From positions 19,194 to 83,193 of the forward strand of contig JAQGDQ010002402.1 of the NCBI GenBank assembly GCA_030141605.1: a DNA stretch of 64,000 nt, written 5' to 3'. The stretch is from Tubiluchus corallicola (Eukaryota; Animalia; Priapulida). Positions 1-11,495 of this stretch are shown here, piece after piece (position 1 is the stretch's first letter; each line of letters opens with the position of its first letter). The notes under the pieces are model-generated. The model saw only the letters and a list, made by a program, of their open reading frames with translations, was not told the origin of the DNA and ran no database searches. Both the position numbers and the translations under genes were made by a program.

Positions 1-36
1 GCTTTAATATAGTTTTCGAATATTTGGGTATCTTAG

Positions 37-378
37 TTATTTACTTAACTTTTTATTTTTCATATGCCTTTTTGCATCTCGTTGCGTCTTCTTTTGCATA
101 TTTTCAATAAAAGCCTTTGACAGGTCTACTCCTGTTTGATTAGCAATACACGCCAACACCCAAAACACATCTGCTAACTCGTCAGATAGGTCTGATATTT
201 TTTCTCCCTCCTTCAATGACTGTTCGCCGTGTACTCGCCCTATAATACGGGCAACTTCTCCCACTTCTTCCATCAACATTGCCAGATTAGTCTTTATATC
301 AAAATACCTTACCCCATACTTTTTAATCCAGCCATCCACACTCTTTTGCACTTCTTTTAAAGTTATGTTATCATTCAT
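37..378 (-). CDS. MazG-like nucleotide pyrophosphohydrolase (YpjD family)
   Basis: EEVGEVAR...DELADV acidic motifs, 113 aa. Confidence 0.85.
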   Translation of the reverse strand: MNDNITLKEVQKSVDGWIKKYGVRYFDIKTNLAMLMEEVGEVARIIGRVHGEQSLKEGEKISDLSDELADVFWVLACIANQTGVDLSKAFIENMQKKTQRDAKRHMKNKKLSK

Positions 379-451
379 ATATTACTTAAAGTTAAAAAGG
401 AGTGCAAAATTATTACAAAACAAAAATAAGGTAACTACATTAATTGTAATA

Positions 452-1267
452 CTACTCTTTGCTATATTGCTCCATTGCTTCAGCACTGATACCCATACTT
501 GAAAAGCCTCCGTCACTGAACAAATTTTGCATTGTAATTTTTTTAGTAAGGTCAGAGAAAAGTGATATACAGTAGTCAGCACAGTCTTCCGCAGTAGCAT
601 TGCCTAATGGCGATACTTTCTCTGCAAAATCTACAAGTGAGTCGAAACCACTAATACCTCCTCCTGCTGTAGTTACAGTAGGTGATTGTGATACAGTATT
701 TATTCTCACCTTTTTGTCTCTCCCATAAGAGTAACCAAAACTACGTGCGATAGATTCTAATAAGGCTTTGGCATCTGCCATATCATTGTATCCGCAGAAT
801 ATACGTTGTGCCCCAATGTAGGAAAGTGCAATAACTGAGGCATACTCGTTGAGAGCATCTAATTTTTTAGCTGTTTGCAATACCTTGTGGAACGAAATAG
901 CAGAAATATCTAAAGTCTTGTTATAGTAGGCATAATTAAGTTCATCATATTCTTTGCCTTTTCTTACATTAGGGGACATCCCTATGGAATGTAAAACAAA
1001 ATCTAACTTACCTCCAAGAGCATCTATAGATTTTGTAAAAAGTACTTCTAACTCTTCTACATTAGTAGCATCAGCAGATATTACTTGCGTTTTACACTGC
1101 TCTGCCAGTTTACCCACCTCCCCCATTCTTAATGCCATTGGAGTGTTGGTAAGCGTAAAGGTAGCTCCTTCTTCATAGGCTCGCTCTGCTACTTTCCAAG
1201 CAATGGATTTATTGTTCAAAGCCCCAAAAATAATGCCTCTTTTTCCTTTTAATAAATTATATGCCAT
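452..1267 (-). CDS. fabI: Enoyl-ACP reductase (FabI-type SDR)
   Basis: GALNNKSIAW Rossmann start, YNDMADAKALLE catalytic motif. Confidence 0.9.
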   Translation of the reverse strand: MAYNLLKGKRGIIFGALNNKSIAWKVAERAYEEGATFTLTNTPMALRMGEVGKLAEQCKTQVISADATNVEELEVLFTKSIDALGGKLDFVLHSIGMSPNVRKGKEYDELNYAYYNKTLDISAISFHKVLQTAKKLDALNEYASVIALSYIGAQRIFCGYNDMADAKALLESIARSFGYSYGRDKKVRINTVSQSPTVTTAGGGISGFDSLVDFAEKVSPLGNATAEDCADYCISLFSDLTKKITMQNLFSDGGFSSMGISAEAMEQYSKE

Positions 1268-1589
1268 AGTTTATTTTTTGTTTTTTTTATTATCCACTGA
1301 CAAAGATATAACATTTTTTTAATGGCAATTATATATAATTTTAGACTACTATAATTACCAAGCGGCAAATCTTTGTTATTTTTTGCAATAAAGAAAATTA
1401 TACTATAAACAGGTGAATGCAAAATTGCATATAACAACCTTAGTTAATCATTGTAAGAATAATATTACTCTTGAATAGAATACAACAGCTTTGATAATGT
1501 TGTAAAAGCTTATAATTTAGAAATTACAAACTTGCTCTTCATTAATTAGAGAAAAAGTAATATCCTGTTTTATAGGAACAAACAAACCA

Positions 1590-2621
1590 TCAGTTTTCAT
1601 TCATATATTTTTTATTTCTACTCTTCATTATTACCCAAATTACTACTGTACCTCCTATAATGGCGGTAATGGAATTAAGGGGCAATATAGTAACGTTGCT
1701 AGGTAGTTGCGACACAATATCGCAAAGCAACATTATAATAATACCCATAAGTATGGTAGCAGGCAGTAAGGTTTTGTGCGTAGCTGTTCTCATTACAAGA
1801 CGAGCAATATGTGGTGTAGCGATGCCAATAAAAGCAATAGGACCTGTAAAAGCTGTAATGCTTCCTGATAGAAGAGCAGTAGAAACAATAATCCAAATAC
1901 GTATTCTCTTAATATCAACACCCAACAACTTTGCATAATCACTACCCAGTAGCAAAGCATCCAAAGACTTAATAAGCAATGCTGAAATAAGTATCCCTAC
2001 CAGAACAAAAATGGTCATTATTTGCAATTCGTCCCAACTTACTCCACCAAGATTGCCAAATGTCCAAACTATGAATTTTTGAGTTTGCAAGGGGGTGCTA
2101 AGCTGATGCAATATATTTACAATAGACCCCACAATACTTCCCAGCATAATACCTATGATAAGTAGCGATACATTATTTTTAAGGTATATAGAAATAATAA
2201 ATATAATGATAAATATAAACAAAGCCCCTACCATTGCTGCTACAATTAACCCCCAATTGGCAGGAGTAATAGATAAATTGAAAAAACTACCCACCCAAGA
2301 AGTAGTAAGTATAAACAGTGCCACACCAAGGTTAGCTCCACTATTTATGCCCAGCACATAAGGTCCCGCCAACGGATTACGAAAAAGAGTTTGCATTATT
2401 AGCCCTGCTACCGACAACCCACTACCAACAAGTACAGCCGTAAAGGCTTTGGGCAAACGAAAGTGTAAAATAATATAACTTAATGTTTCATCACTTAAAT
2501 TGCCCAGTAAAATATTAAAAGTTTTATTGAAGGGTATCGCTACACTACCCAGCATAATATCTAATAAAAAAAGAACAATGAATAATACTAGTAAAATGGC
2601 AAACGTTATCTTATTTTTCAC
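1590..2621 (-). CDS. FecCD/BtuC-family ABC transporter permease (cobalamin or iron-siderophore)
   Basis: RLPKAFTAVLVG, QTLFRNPLAGP, GPIAFIGIATPHIAR; hydrophobic; GTG start. Confidence 0.9.
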   Translation of the reverse strand: MKNKITFAILLVLFIVLFLLDIMLGSVAIPFNKTFNILLGNLSDETLSYIILHFRLPKAFTAVLVGSGLSVAGLIMQTLFRNPLAGPYVLGINSGANLGVALFILTTSWVGSFFNLSITPANWGLIVAAMVGALFIFIIIFIISIYLKNNVSLLIIGIMLGSIVGSIVNILHQLSTPLQTQKFIVWTFGNLGGVSWDELQIMTIFVLVGILISALLIKSLDALLLGSDYAKLLGVDIKRIRIWIIVSTALLSGSITAFTGPIAFIGIATPHIARLVMRTATHKTLLPATILMGIIIMLLCDIVSQLPSNVTILPLNSITAIIGGTVVIWVIMKSRNKKYMNEN

Positions 2622-3761
2622 TTATTGTAACTTTTTATAGAAATATAATGTATCATTAGGCAATAATTGAGGATGTAGTATTTTTATAATATCTCTTAAA
2701 ATTAAATCAGGTCTTACAACTCCAATTTCCCAAAAATCATTTGCAAATGCCCCTCTTGTCTTTTTACTACTGGTATATATATTCTTTGTTTTATAGGATT
2801 CCAGTAACGCATATCGGGGATCTTTGTTAAAAACATCTTGTAAGGTTTGACAGTCGCTAGGTCCCAGCCATATATTTGCCTTGTGTTGATGTGCAAATAT
2901 CTCTTCAAAACTAAGAGCCGTACTACCTGCTTTTAATGTATTTATATCATCCCACAACTGCGTAGATTGAGCATCGTTGAGTAATTGAAAAAAGTAATTA
3001 CTTTTATTAGGCACATACCATATACCTCTATAATACGAGCCAGTAAGTAATGTAGGTTTATGACTTATTGTCTCTGCTATTCGCTTCAAATCATTGTAGT
3101 TTTCTTCTACCATACTAAATATACTATCAGCCCGCCTCTCTGTATGAGTAAGAACAGCAAAAAACTTGATCCATTCTGCTCTGCCAAGAGGAGTTGTTTC
3201 GAGCCATTCCGTAGTATACAAAGCATTAGGCAAATGCTTCTGGATATTTGAACTATTGTCGTACTGGGTAATGGTGATGATATCAGGCAATAGTTGAATG
3301 AGCTTTTCCATATTGAGAGTGGTATTGGGGTCTCCCACTTCATTGAGTTTTCTACGATATATCGTACTATCGTAAATATATTTTTTGTGAGATGTTGCAA
3401 TGAGTTTATCCTGCTGGTTGAGAGCTCTCAATATGCCTATGTGGGTATTGGAAAGAGAAGCGATAGTCTGTACGGGAGTGTAAATAATACGTGCATTGGA
3501 AGGAGTTTGTATACTGTCCTTCAAATGACGAGGTATAAGATGGTAGTGTGCAAGTGTTTGAGTACTATCCCACGGATTGTTAAGAGTAAGTATGGTATGA
3601 GAAAATGTGTGGGTTATAGTAAAATTTTTTGCATATGAAACCGTTATATGTTGTAAGTTGTGAGTTGTAAGGGGAGCGTTATTTAACTTTGCATAATGGT
3701 GAGTAGTATTTGATGTACATCCATATAAAATAAATAGTATGACAAGAAGAAAATATTTCAT
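2622..3761 (-). CDS. BtuF-like ABC substrate-binding lipoprotein
   Basis: Lipobox LYGC after MKYFLLVILF (start moved to ATG at 3761); EWLETTPLGRAEWIKF motif; adjacent to permease. Confidence 0.85.
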   Translation of the reverse strand: MKYFLLVILFILYGCTSNTTHHYAKLNNAPLTTHNLQHITVSYAKNFTITHTFSHTILTLNNPWDSTQTLAHYHLIPRHLKDSIQTPSNARIIYTPVQTIASLSNTHIGILRALNQQDKLIATSHKKYIYDSTIYRRKLNEVGDPNTTLNMEKLIQLLPDIITITQYDNSSNIQKHLPNALYTTEWLETTPLGRAEWIKFFAVLTHTERRADSIFSMVEENYNDLKRIAETISHKPTLLTGSYYRGIWYVPNKSNYFFQLLNDAQSTQLWDDINTLKAGSTALSFEEIFAHQHKANIWLGPSDCQTLQDVFNKDPRYALLESYKTKNIYTSSKKTRGAFANDFWEIGVVRPDLILRDIIKILHPQLLPNDTLYFYKKLQ

Positions 3762-3949
3762 TGCATAGAAGTGCTTAATTACAAAGGTATAAATATTTCT
3801 TTTGTTATAGTCTTTTGCTATAGAAGCAAAATATAAAAGAACAAGTTTATATTTGCCATTTACAAATAAAAAAGAACAGTAACTTTTCATCTCTCAATTG
3901 TCAAATTTTTAATTATATTTAATACTCAATAAGAAAAAATAATAACCAA

Positions 3950-4531
3950 GTGCAACAAAAGATACTATATCTCATCATAATTCTCCTCGTCATAATCGCA
4001 CAAAATAGCATTCCACAAAAAATAGCCAAAGCCAAAATAATAGAAGGAGATACACTTATAATGATAGAGCTATCTTCAGTACCTGTATTCGCTAATCCTC
4101 GAACTGCTAAACGCTACTGGAATAAGCATACAAGGCTTGTACGATACGTAAAAAAGATGTACCCCATAGCCAAAACAGCGAAAGAGAAATATTATGAAGT
4201 AACAAAGCACCTTTCTGACTTTGAAAAAAGGTCGCAACAAAGAAAATATATACGAAGTGTTAGCAAGGAAATAAAAAACCAATACGAAGAGGAAATAAGA
4301 AATATGACTATCACACAAGGAAAAATACTATTAAAACTGATGCATAGAGAAATAGGTATTACCTCTTATGATATATTGGAAGAACTAAAAGGCTCATTTT
4401 CGGCTATTATGTGGCAATCCATTGCTAGAATATTTGGAACAAACCTAAAAGCTACTTACAACCCTGCCAAAAATAAAGAAGATGCTATGATAGAATATGT
4501 AGTGCAAGCCATAGAACAAGGAAAACTGTAA
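3950..4531 (+). CDS. DUF4294-like Bacteroidota protein
   Basis: RLVRYVKKMYPIAK, MTITQGKILLKLMHRE, WQSIARIFG motifs. Confidence 0.7.
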   Translation: MQQKILYLIIILLVIIAQNSIPQKIAKAKIIEGDTLIMIELSSVPVFANPRTAKRYWNKHTRLVRYVKKMYPIAKTAKEKYYEVTKHLSDFEKRSQQRKYIRSVSKEIKNQYEEEIRNMTITQGKILLKLMHREIGITSYDILEELKGSFSAIMWQSIARIFGTNLKATYNPAKNKEDAMIEYVVQAIEQGKL

Positions 4532-4574
4532 AAACACTCCTAAAAACAAGTTCTACCATTCTATAAACTATAAG

Positions 4575-6824
4575 CTATGGAGTGCTTAGGTAAAGAACAG
4601 GCCAAGAACCATTGCCTAACCATTGCCAGGGAGTGGTTTCATCTCCTCCAAAAAGCCAGCCTTCAAAAACTTCCTTGTCCTCATTGCCCGAATCTATATA
4701 AATACCTCCATCCTCTTGCAAATTAGACCCCGAGGAAACTCCTGTGCCCCCTGAGGAAGTCTCTTGCAAGGTTTGTGATATATCCCAATAACAAGAAGTA
4801 ATTGCAGAACTGTTATTTTTGTTATTCCCTACCAAACCGCCTAGACCTGCGCCACAGTTATCTGCCACAGGGCCTGAGGCATAACTATTAAGAATACTCC
4901 CATTTGCACTATTCTCGCCTACTAAACCGCCAATGCGATAATTACCAAAAACATACAGGCTTATAACTTGACCAGTGGTATAAGTATTACTTATTGCTCC
5001 AGCGTTTTCTCCCACCAAGCCTCCTAGTTTATCTCTACCTGATACCTTTCCTGTAGAATAACTATTATTTATTGTCCCTTCTCCTTCGTTACGATGGTTC
5101 TTTCCCACCAAGCCCCCAACACTTACATCCCCCGTTACAGAACCCGTAGAATAGCTCTCAGCGATAGAGCCTCCCCAATTCATCCCCACCAAGCCTCCAA
5201 CAAATTCATTCCCCTTTACAGAACTCGTAGAATAGCTACTATCTATTGTCCCGTTCCTGTTTACCTCTGAATAGATATTTATCCCCACCAAGCCTCCAAC
5301 TTCAGTATCCCCCTCCACAGAACCCGTAGAATAGCTCTCAGCGATAAAGCCGTCAGTAATGAATCCCACCAAGCCTCCAACATAAGCCTCTCCCGTTACA
5401 GAACCCGTAAAGGAACTACCAACAATAGAGCCCCACCAATATGCTCCCACCAAGCCTCCAACACCCTTATTACCCTTTACAGAACCTGTAGAATAACTAT
5501 TAACAACAGATGATCCCTCAATCCGCCCCACCAAGCCTCCAACAAAATCATTCCCCTTTACAGAGCCCGTAAAGGAACTACCAGCAATAGAGCCCCACCA
5601 ATCCCATCCCACCAAGCCTCCAGTATAGGTAAAACTCGTTCCCGTTCCCGTTACAGAACCCGTAAAGGAACTACCAACAATAGAGCCTTCCTGATTATGT
5701 CCCACCAAGCCTCCAGCAACACCCAAGCTTCCAGCACCTATAGTCCCCGTTACAGAACCCGTAAAGGAACTACCAACAATAGAGCCTCCCTGATTATGTC
5801 CCACCAAGCCTCCAGTAAATCTTCCTCCTCTTACATCACCATCTAATATGGTTAGATCCTTTACTTTTCCTTGTCCTTTTAGTACACCAAACAAACCCAC
5901 ATGGGACGTATTTGCCCCTCTATTAATGTAAAAATTATGTATGGTATGGCCTTGTCCATCTAATGAGCCTGTAAAACTACCAACAGGAGAAAAACCCGAC
6001 AAAGGAAATGACGTAGGAAAACTTCCGCCATCAACAGGGGAGGGGAAAGAAATATCGCCTTCCAAATGATAATCGCCCTCTAAATCATACTTCATACCTT
6101 GTAAATCCTGCCAACTCCTTATCTTATATTGCTCCTTCAAAACTGAATGATCTATTGACAACACACCTTCTGGCAAAGAAAATGAGACTGATATGACTAT
6201 TTCACCATCCGAAATAGCTTTCCAACTATCCAAAGGTAAAGAACTACCTAAAAAACAGCGGCCACCAGCTATATCAACTGTGCCTGAACCAGCCGACTCT
6301 CCTGATATCTCCAAGGTGTAATCGCTAACAACATCCGCTACGCCTACAAAAGAAACTTCAAATAAGCTGTCATTCTCAAAATCTCCTGAGCCTATCCTAT
6401 CAGCTATGCCAGAGTAACTCGAAACACGTAGGCTAAGCTCTTGTTTCTTTACCCTTACTTCATAGCGACGTTCAACGCCGCCCGTTGAGCTTACTACATA
6501 ATCTACAGGGGAAGAATAGTCCCGAAAAACAAACGGTGAGGGGGAAATAACTGAACCTTCTGGTATCTCTGCTTTCGCTTTCAATCTTGATACTTCTAAC
6601 CTTGGGGGACACAAGTACTCTATAATGTATTTGCCCGATGCACTCGGAGAATCTCCTATTGTGGCTTCGTCCCAATCCTCGCCTAATTGAAAGCTAAATG
6701 AAATTATGGAATTGAGAATAGATGGAGAGTCTTCTTCTAACAAATCTCCTTCTTTATGGCATCCAAATAAAAGAAATAGCATAGAAAAAACAATTATACT
6801 ATGCTTTAACAATCTTAACAGCAT
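4575..6824 (-). CDS. Surface lipoprotein with GLUG-type repeats, copy A (12 GGLVG units)
   Basis: Lipobox LFGC + acidic HKEGDLLEED; FTGSLDGQGHTI lead-in; ~27-aa GGLVG...SYSTGSV repeats. Confidence 0.85.
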   Translation of the reverse strand: MLLRLLKHSIIVFSMLFLLFGCHKEGDLLEEDSPSILNSIISFSFQLGEDWDEATIGDSPSASGKYIIEYLCPPRLEVSRLKAKAEIPEGSVISPSPFVFRDYSSPVDYVVSSTGGVERRYEVRVKKQELSLRVSSYSGIADRIGSGDFENDSLFEVSFVGVADVVSDYTLEISGESAGSGTVDIAGGRCFLGSSLPLDSWKAISDGEIVISVSFSLPEGVLSIDHSVLKEQYKIRSWQDLQGMKYDLEGDYHLEGDISFPSPVDGGSFPTSFPLSGFSPVGSFTGSLDGQGHTIHNFYINRGANTSHVGLFGVLKGQGKVKDLTILDGDVRGGRFTGGLVGHNQGGSIVGSSFTGSVTGTIGAGSLGVAGGLVGHNQEGSIVGSSFTGSVTGTGTSFTYTGGLVGWDWWGSIAGSSFTGSVKGNDFVGGLVGRIEGSSVVNSYSTGSVKGNKGVGGLVGAYWWGSIVGSSFTGSVTGEAYVGGLVGFITDGFIAESYSTGSVEGDTEVGGLVGINIYSEVNRNGTIDSSYSTSSVKGNEFVGGLVGMNWGGSIAESYSTGSVTGDVSVGGLVGKNHRNEGEGTINNSYSTGKVSGRDKLGGLVGENAGAISNTYTTGQVISLYVFGNYRIGGLVGENSANGSILNSYASGPVADNCGAGLGGLVGNNKNNSSAITSCYWDISQTLQETSSGGTGVSSGSNLQEDGGIYIDSGNEDKEVFEGWLFGGDETTPWQWLGNGSWPVLYLSTP

Positions 6825-6991
6825 TTTATTAGTGTATTTACTTTACTACTAGTTTATAGTAATCAAAATAATTAGTCAATACTTACAAAGATAAGGAATA
6901 GTGGGTGAAAATACAAGTAGAAAATATTCAGTAACATATTCTTTGATTTAATAGTAGAAAAATGAAAAAAGACTGTTGTTTTGCTAACAAA

Positions 6992-9007
6992 CTATGGAGT
7001 GTTTAGGTAAAGAACAGGCCAAGAACCATTGCCTAACCAGTGCCAGGGAGTGGTTTCATCTCCTCCAAAAAGCCAGCCTTCAAAAACTTCTTTGTCCTCA
7101 TTGCCCGAATCTATATAAATACCTCCATCCTCTTGCAAATTAGACCCCGAGGAAACTCCTGTGCCCCCTGAGGAAGTCTCTTGCAAGGTTTGTGATATAT
7201 CCCAATAACAAGAAGTAATTGCAGAACTGTTATTTTTGTTATTCCCTACCAAACCGCCTAGACCTGCGCCACAGTTATCTGCCACAGGGCCTGAGGCATA
7301 ACTATTAAGAATACTCCCATTTGCACTATTCTCGCCTACTAAACCGCCAATACGATAATTACCAAAAACATACAGGCTTATAACTTGACTAGTGGTGTAA
7401 GTATTACTTATTGCTCCATCGTTTTCTCCCACCAAGCCTCCTAGTTTATCTCTACCTGATACCTTTCCTGTAGAATAACTATTATTTATTGTTCCATCAT
7501 TTTCTCCCGCCAAGCCTCCTAGTTTATCCATACCTGATACCTTTCCTGTAGAATAACTATTATTTATTGCTCCATCGTTTTCTCCCACCAAGCCTCCTAG
7601 TTTATCTCTACCTGATACCTTTCCTGTAGAATAACTACCAACAATAGATGAGCTATCAACCCACCCCGCCAAGCCTCCAACAAAGTCACCACCTGTTACA
7701 GAACCCGTAGAATAACTACCAACAATAGATGAGCTATCAACCCACCCCACCAAGCCTCCAACACCCTTATTACCCTTTACAGAACCTGTAGAATAACTAT
7801 TAACAACAGATGATCCCTCAATCCGCCCCACCAAGCCTCCAACAAAATCATTCCCCTTTACAGAACCCGCAAAGGAACTACCAGCAATAGAGCCCCACCA
7901 ATCCAACCCCACCAAGCCTCCAACATGATCCGTTCCCGTTACAGACCCCGTAAAGGAACTACCAGCAATAGAGCCTCTGTCATTCATCCCCACCAAGCCT
8001 CCAGTAAATTTTCCTCCTCTTACATCACCATCTAATATGGTTAGATCCTTTACTTCTCCTCCTCTTAGTATACTAAACAAACCCACATAGTTTTTATTAC
8101 CCCTATTAATGTAAAAATTATGTATGGTATGGCCTTGTCCATCTAATGAGCCTGTAAAACTACCAACAGGAGAAAAACCCGACAAAGGAAATGACGTAGG
8201 AAAACTTCCGCCATCAACAGGGGAGGGGAAAGAAATATCGCCTTCCAAATGATAATCGCCCTCTAAATCATACTTCATACCTTGTAAATCCTGCCAACTC
8301 CTTATCTTATATTGCTCCTTCAAAACTGAATGATCTATTGACAACACACCTTCTGGCAAAGAAAATGAGACTGATATGACTATTTCACCATCCGAAATAG
8401 CTTTCCAACTATCCAAAGGTAAAGAACTACCTAAAAAACAGCGGCCACCAGCTATATCAACTGTGCCTGAACCAGCCGACTCTCCTGATATCTCCAAGGT
8501 GTAATCGCTAACAACATCCGCTACGCCTACAAAAGAAACTTCAAATAAGCTGTCATTCTCAAAATCTCCTGAGCCTATCCTATCAGCTATGCCAGAGTAA
8601 CTCGAAACACGTAGGCTAAGCTCTTGTTTCTTTACCCTTACTTCATAGCGACGTTCAACGCCGCCCGTTGAGCTTACTACATAATCTACAGGGGAAGAAT
8701 AGTCCCGAAAAACAAACGGTGAGGGGGAAATAACTGAACCTTCTGGTATCTCTGCTTTCGCTTTCAATCCTGATACCTCTAACGTTGGGGGACACAAGTA
8801 CTCTATAATGTATTTGCCCGATGCACTCGGAGAATCTCCTATTGTGGCTTCGTCCCAATCCTCGCCTAATTGAAAGCTAAATGAAATTATGGAATTGAGA
8901 ATAGATGGAGAGTCTTCTTCTAACAAATCTCCTTCTTTATGGCATCCAAATAAAAGAAATAGCATAGAAAAAACAATTATACTATGCTTTAACAATCTTA
9001 ACGGCAT
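6992..9007 (-). CDS. Surface lipoprotein with GLUG-type repeats, copy B (10 GGL[V/A]G units)
   Basis: N- and C-terminal regions nearly identical to copy A; different internal repeat content. Confidence 0.85.
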   Translation of the reverse strand: MPLRLLKHSIIVFSMLFLLFGCHKEGDLLEEDSPSILNSIISFSFQLGEDWDEATIGDSPSASGKYIIEYLCPPTLEVSGLKAKAEIPEGSVISPSPFVFRDYSSPVDYVVSSTGGVERRYEVRVKKQELSLRVSSYSGIADRIGSGDFENDSLFEVSFVGVADVVSDYTLEISGESAGSGTVDIAGGRCFLGSSLPLDSWKAISDGEIVISVSFSLPEGVLSIDHSVLKEQYKIRSWQDLQGMKYDLEGDYHLEGDISFPSPVDGGSFPTSFPLSGFSPVGSFTGSLDGQGHTIHNFYINRGNKNYVGLFSILRGGEVKDLTILDGDVRGGKFTGGLVGMNDRGSIAGSSFTGSVTGTDHVGGLVGLDWWGSIAGSSFAGSVKGNDFVGGLVGRIEGSSVVNSYSTGSVKGNKGVGGLVGWVDSSSIVGSYSTGSVTGGDFVGGLAGWVDSSSIVGSYSTGKVSGRDKLGGLVGENDGAINNSYSTGKVSGMDKLGGLAGENDGTINNSYSTGKVSGRDKLGGLVGENDGAISNTYTTSQVISLYVFGNYRIGGLVGENSANGSILNSYASGPVADNCGAGLGGLVGNNKNNSSAITSCYWDISQTLQETSSGGTGVSSGSNLQEDGGIYIDSGNEDKEVFEGWLFGGDETTPWHWLGNGSWPVLYLNTP

Positions 9008-9160
9008 TTTATTAGTATATTAGTTTATACAAAAAAATAACTATGCAATACTTACAAAGATAAGGAATAGTGGGTGAAAATACAAGTAGAAAATATTCAG
9101 TAACATATTCTTTGATTTAATAGTAGAAAAATGAAAAAAGACTGTTGTTTTGCTAACAAA

Positions 9161-11205
9161 CTATGGAGTGTTTAGGTAAAGAACAGGCCAAGAACCATTG
9201 CCTATCCAGTGCCATGGAGCGGTCTCGTCTCCGCCAAAAAGCCAGCCTTCAAAAACTTCTTTGTCCTCATTGCCCGAATCTATATAAATACCTCCATCCT
9301 CTTGCAAATTAGACCCCGAGGAAACTCCTGTGCCCCCTGAGGAAGTCTCTTGCAAGGTTTGTGATATATCCCAATAACAAGAAGTAATTGCAGAACTGTT
9401 ATTTTTGTTATTCCCTACCAAACCGCCTAGACCTGCGCCACAGTTATCTGCCACAGGGCCTGAGGCATAACTATTAAGAATACTCCCATTTGCACTATTC
9501 TCGCCTACTAAACCGCCAATACGATAATTACCAAAAACATACAGGCTTATAACTTGACTAGTGGTGTAAGTATTACTTATTGCTCCAGCGTTTTCTCCCA
9601 CCAAGCCTCCTAGTTTATCTCTACCTGATACCTTTCCTGTAGAATAACTATTATTTATTGTCCCTTCTCCTTCGTTACGATGGTTCTTTCCCACCAAGCC
9701 CCCAACACTTACATCCCCCGTTACAGAACCCGTAGAATAACTATTATTTATTGCTCCATCGTTTTCTCCCACCAAGCCTCCAACTTTATCCCCCTCCACA
9801 GAACCCGTAGAATAGCTCTCAGCGATAAAGCCTCAGTAATGAATCCCACCAAGCCTCCAACATAAGCCTCCCCCGTTACAGAACCCGTAAAGGAACTACC
9901 AACAATAGAGCCCCACCAATACACCCCACCAAGCCTCCAACACCCTTATTACCCTTTACAGAACCTGTAGAATAACTATTAACAACAGATGATCCCTCAA
10001 TCCGCCCCACCAAGCCTCCAACAAAATCATTCCCCTTTACAGAGCCCGTAAAGGAACTACCAGCAATAGAGCCCCACCAATCCCATCCCACCAAGCCTCC
10101 AGTATAGGTAAAACTCGTTCCCGTTCCCGTTACAGAACCCGTAAAGGAACTACCAGCAATAGAGCCTCTGTGTTGGTTCATTCATCCCCACCAAGCCTCC
10201 AGTAAATTTTCCTCCTCTTACATCACCATCTAATATGGTTAGATCCTTTACTTCTCCTCCTCTTAGTATACTAAACAAACCCACATAGTTTTTATTACCC
10301 CTATTAATGTAAAAATTATGTATGGTATGGCCTTGTCCATCTAATGAGCCTGTAAAACTACCAACAGGAGAAAAACCCGACAAAGGAAATGACGTAGGAA
10401 AACTTCCGCCATCAACAGGGGAGGGGAAAGAAATATCGCCTTCCAAATGATAATCGCCCTCTAAATCATACTTCATACCTTGTAAATCCTGCCAACTCCT
10501 TATCTTATATTGCTCCTTCAAAACTGAATGATCTATTGACAACACACCTTCTGGCAAAGAAAATGAGACTGATATGACTATTTCACCATCCGAAATAGCT
10601 TTCCAACTATCCAAAGGTAAAGAACTACCTAAAAAACAGCGGCCACCAGCTATATCAACTGTGCCTGAACCAGCCGACTCTCCTGATATCTCCAAGGTGT
10701 AATCGCTAACAACATCCGCTACGCCTACAAAAGAAACTTCAAATAAGCTGTCATTCTCAAAATCTCCTGAGCCTATCCTATCAGCTATGCCAGAGTAACT
10801 CGAAACACGTAGGCTAAGCTCTTGTTTCTTTACCCTTACTTCATAGCGACGTTCAACGCCGCCCGTTGAGCTTACTACATAATCTACAGGGGAAGAATAG
10901 TCCCGAAAAACAAACGGTGAGGGGGAAATAACTGAACCTTCTGGTATCTCTGCTTTCGCTTTCAATCCTGATACCTCTAACGTTGGGGGACACAAGTACT
11001 CTATAATGTATTTGCCCGATGCACTCGGAGAATCTCCTATTGTGGCTTCGTCCCAATCCTCGCCTAATTGAAAGCTAAATGAAATTATGGAATTGAGAAT
11101 AGATGGAGAGTCTTCTTCTAACAAATCTCCTTCTTTATGGCATCCAAATAAAAGAAATAGCATAGAAAAAACAATTATACTATGCTTTAACAATCTTAAC
11201 GGCAT
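9161..11205 (-). pseudogene. GLUG-type lipoprotein copy C, frameshifted (or consensus error)
   Basis: Split into ORFs 10150-11205, 9876-10181 and 9161-9799; indels versus copies A/B of +7 nt (~10171-10177), -1 nt (~9922) and -1 nt (~9832). Confidence 0.7.
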
Positions 11206-11495
11206 TTTATTAGTATATTAGTTTATACAAAAAAATAACTATGCAATACTACAAAGATAAGAAATAGCGAGTGAAAACACAAGTAAAAAATATCTAATGG
11301 CATAGTCAGCAAAGAGAACTATTTTCTTTCAGCACGAACGGAATATTTTATCATAATGAAAAATCAGGCTTGTAAATGATTTTCTGCTACGCAGAGTTTT
11401 AACTTTTATTCTCTTTAACCGTAGTTGTACCAAGACAACCAAGCAGAACGAGCTCACTCATACCCTTGAAAATAAAATACATTGTTATTTATAAA

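Larger units (their letters stand above)
4575..11260. repeat. Tandem triplication of a ~2.2-2.4 kb gene-plus-promoter unit
   Basis: Intergenic ~6878-6991 recurs at ~9046-9160; each copy has TATCTTTG (minus strand) upstream. Confidence 0.9.
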
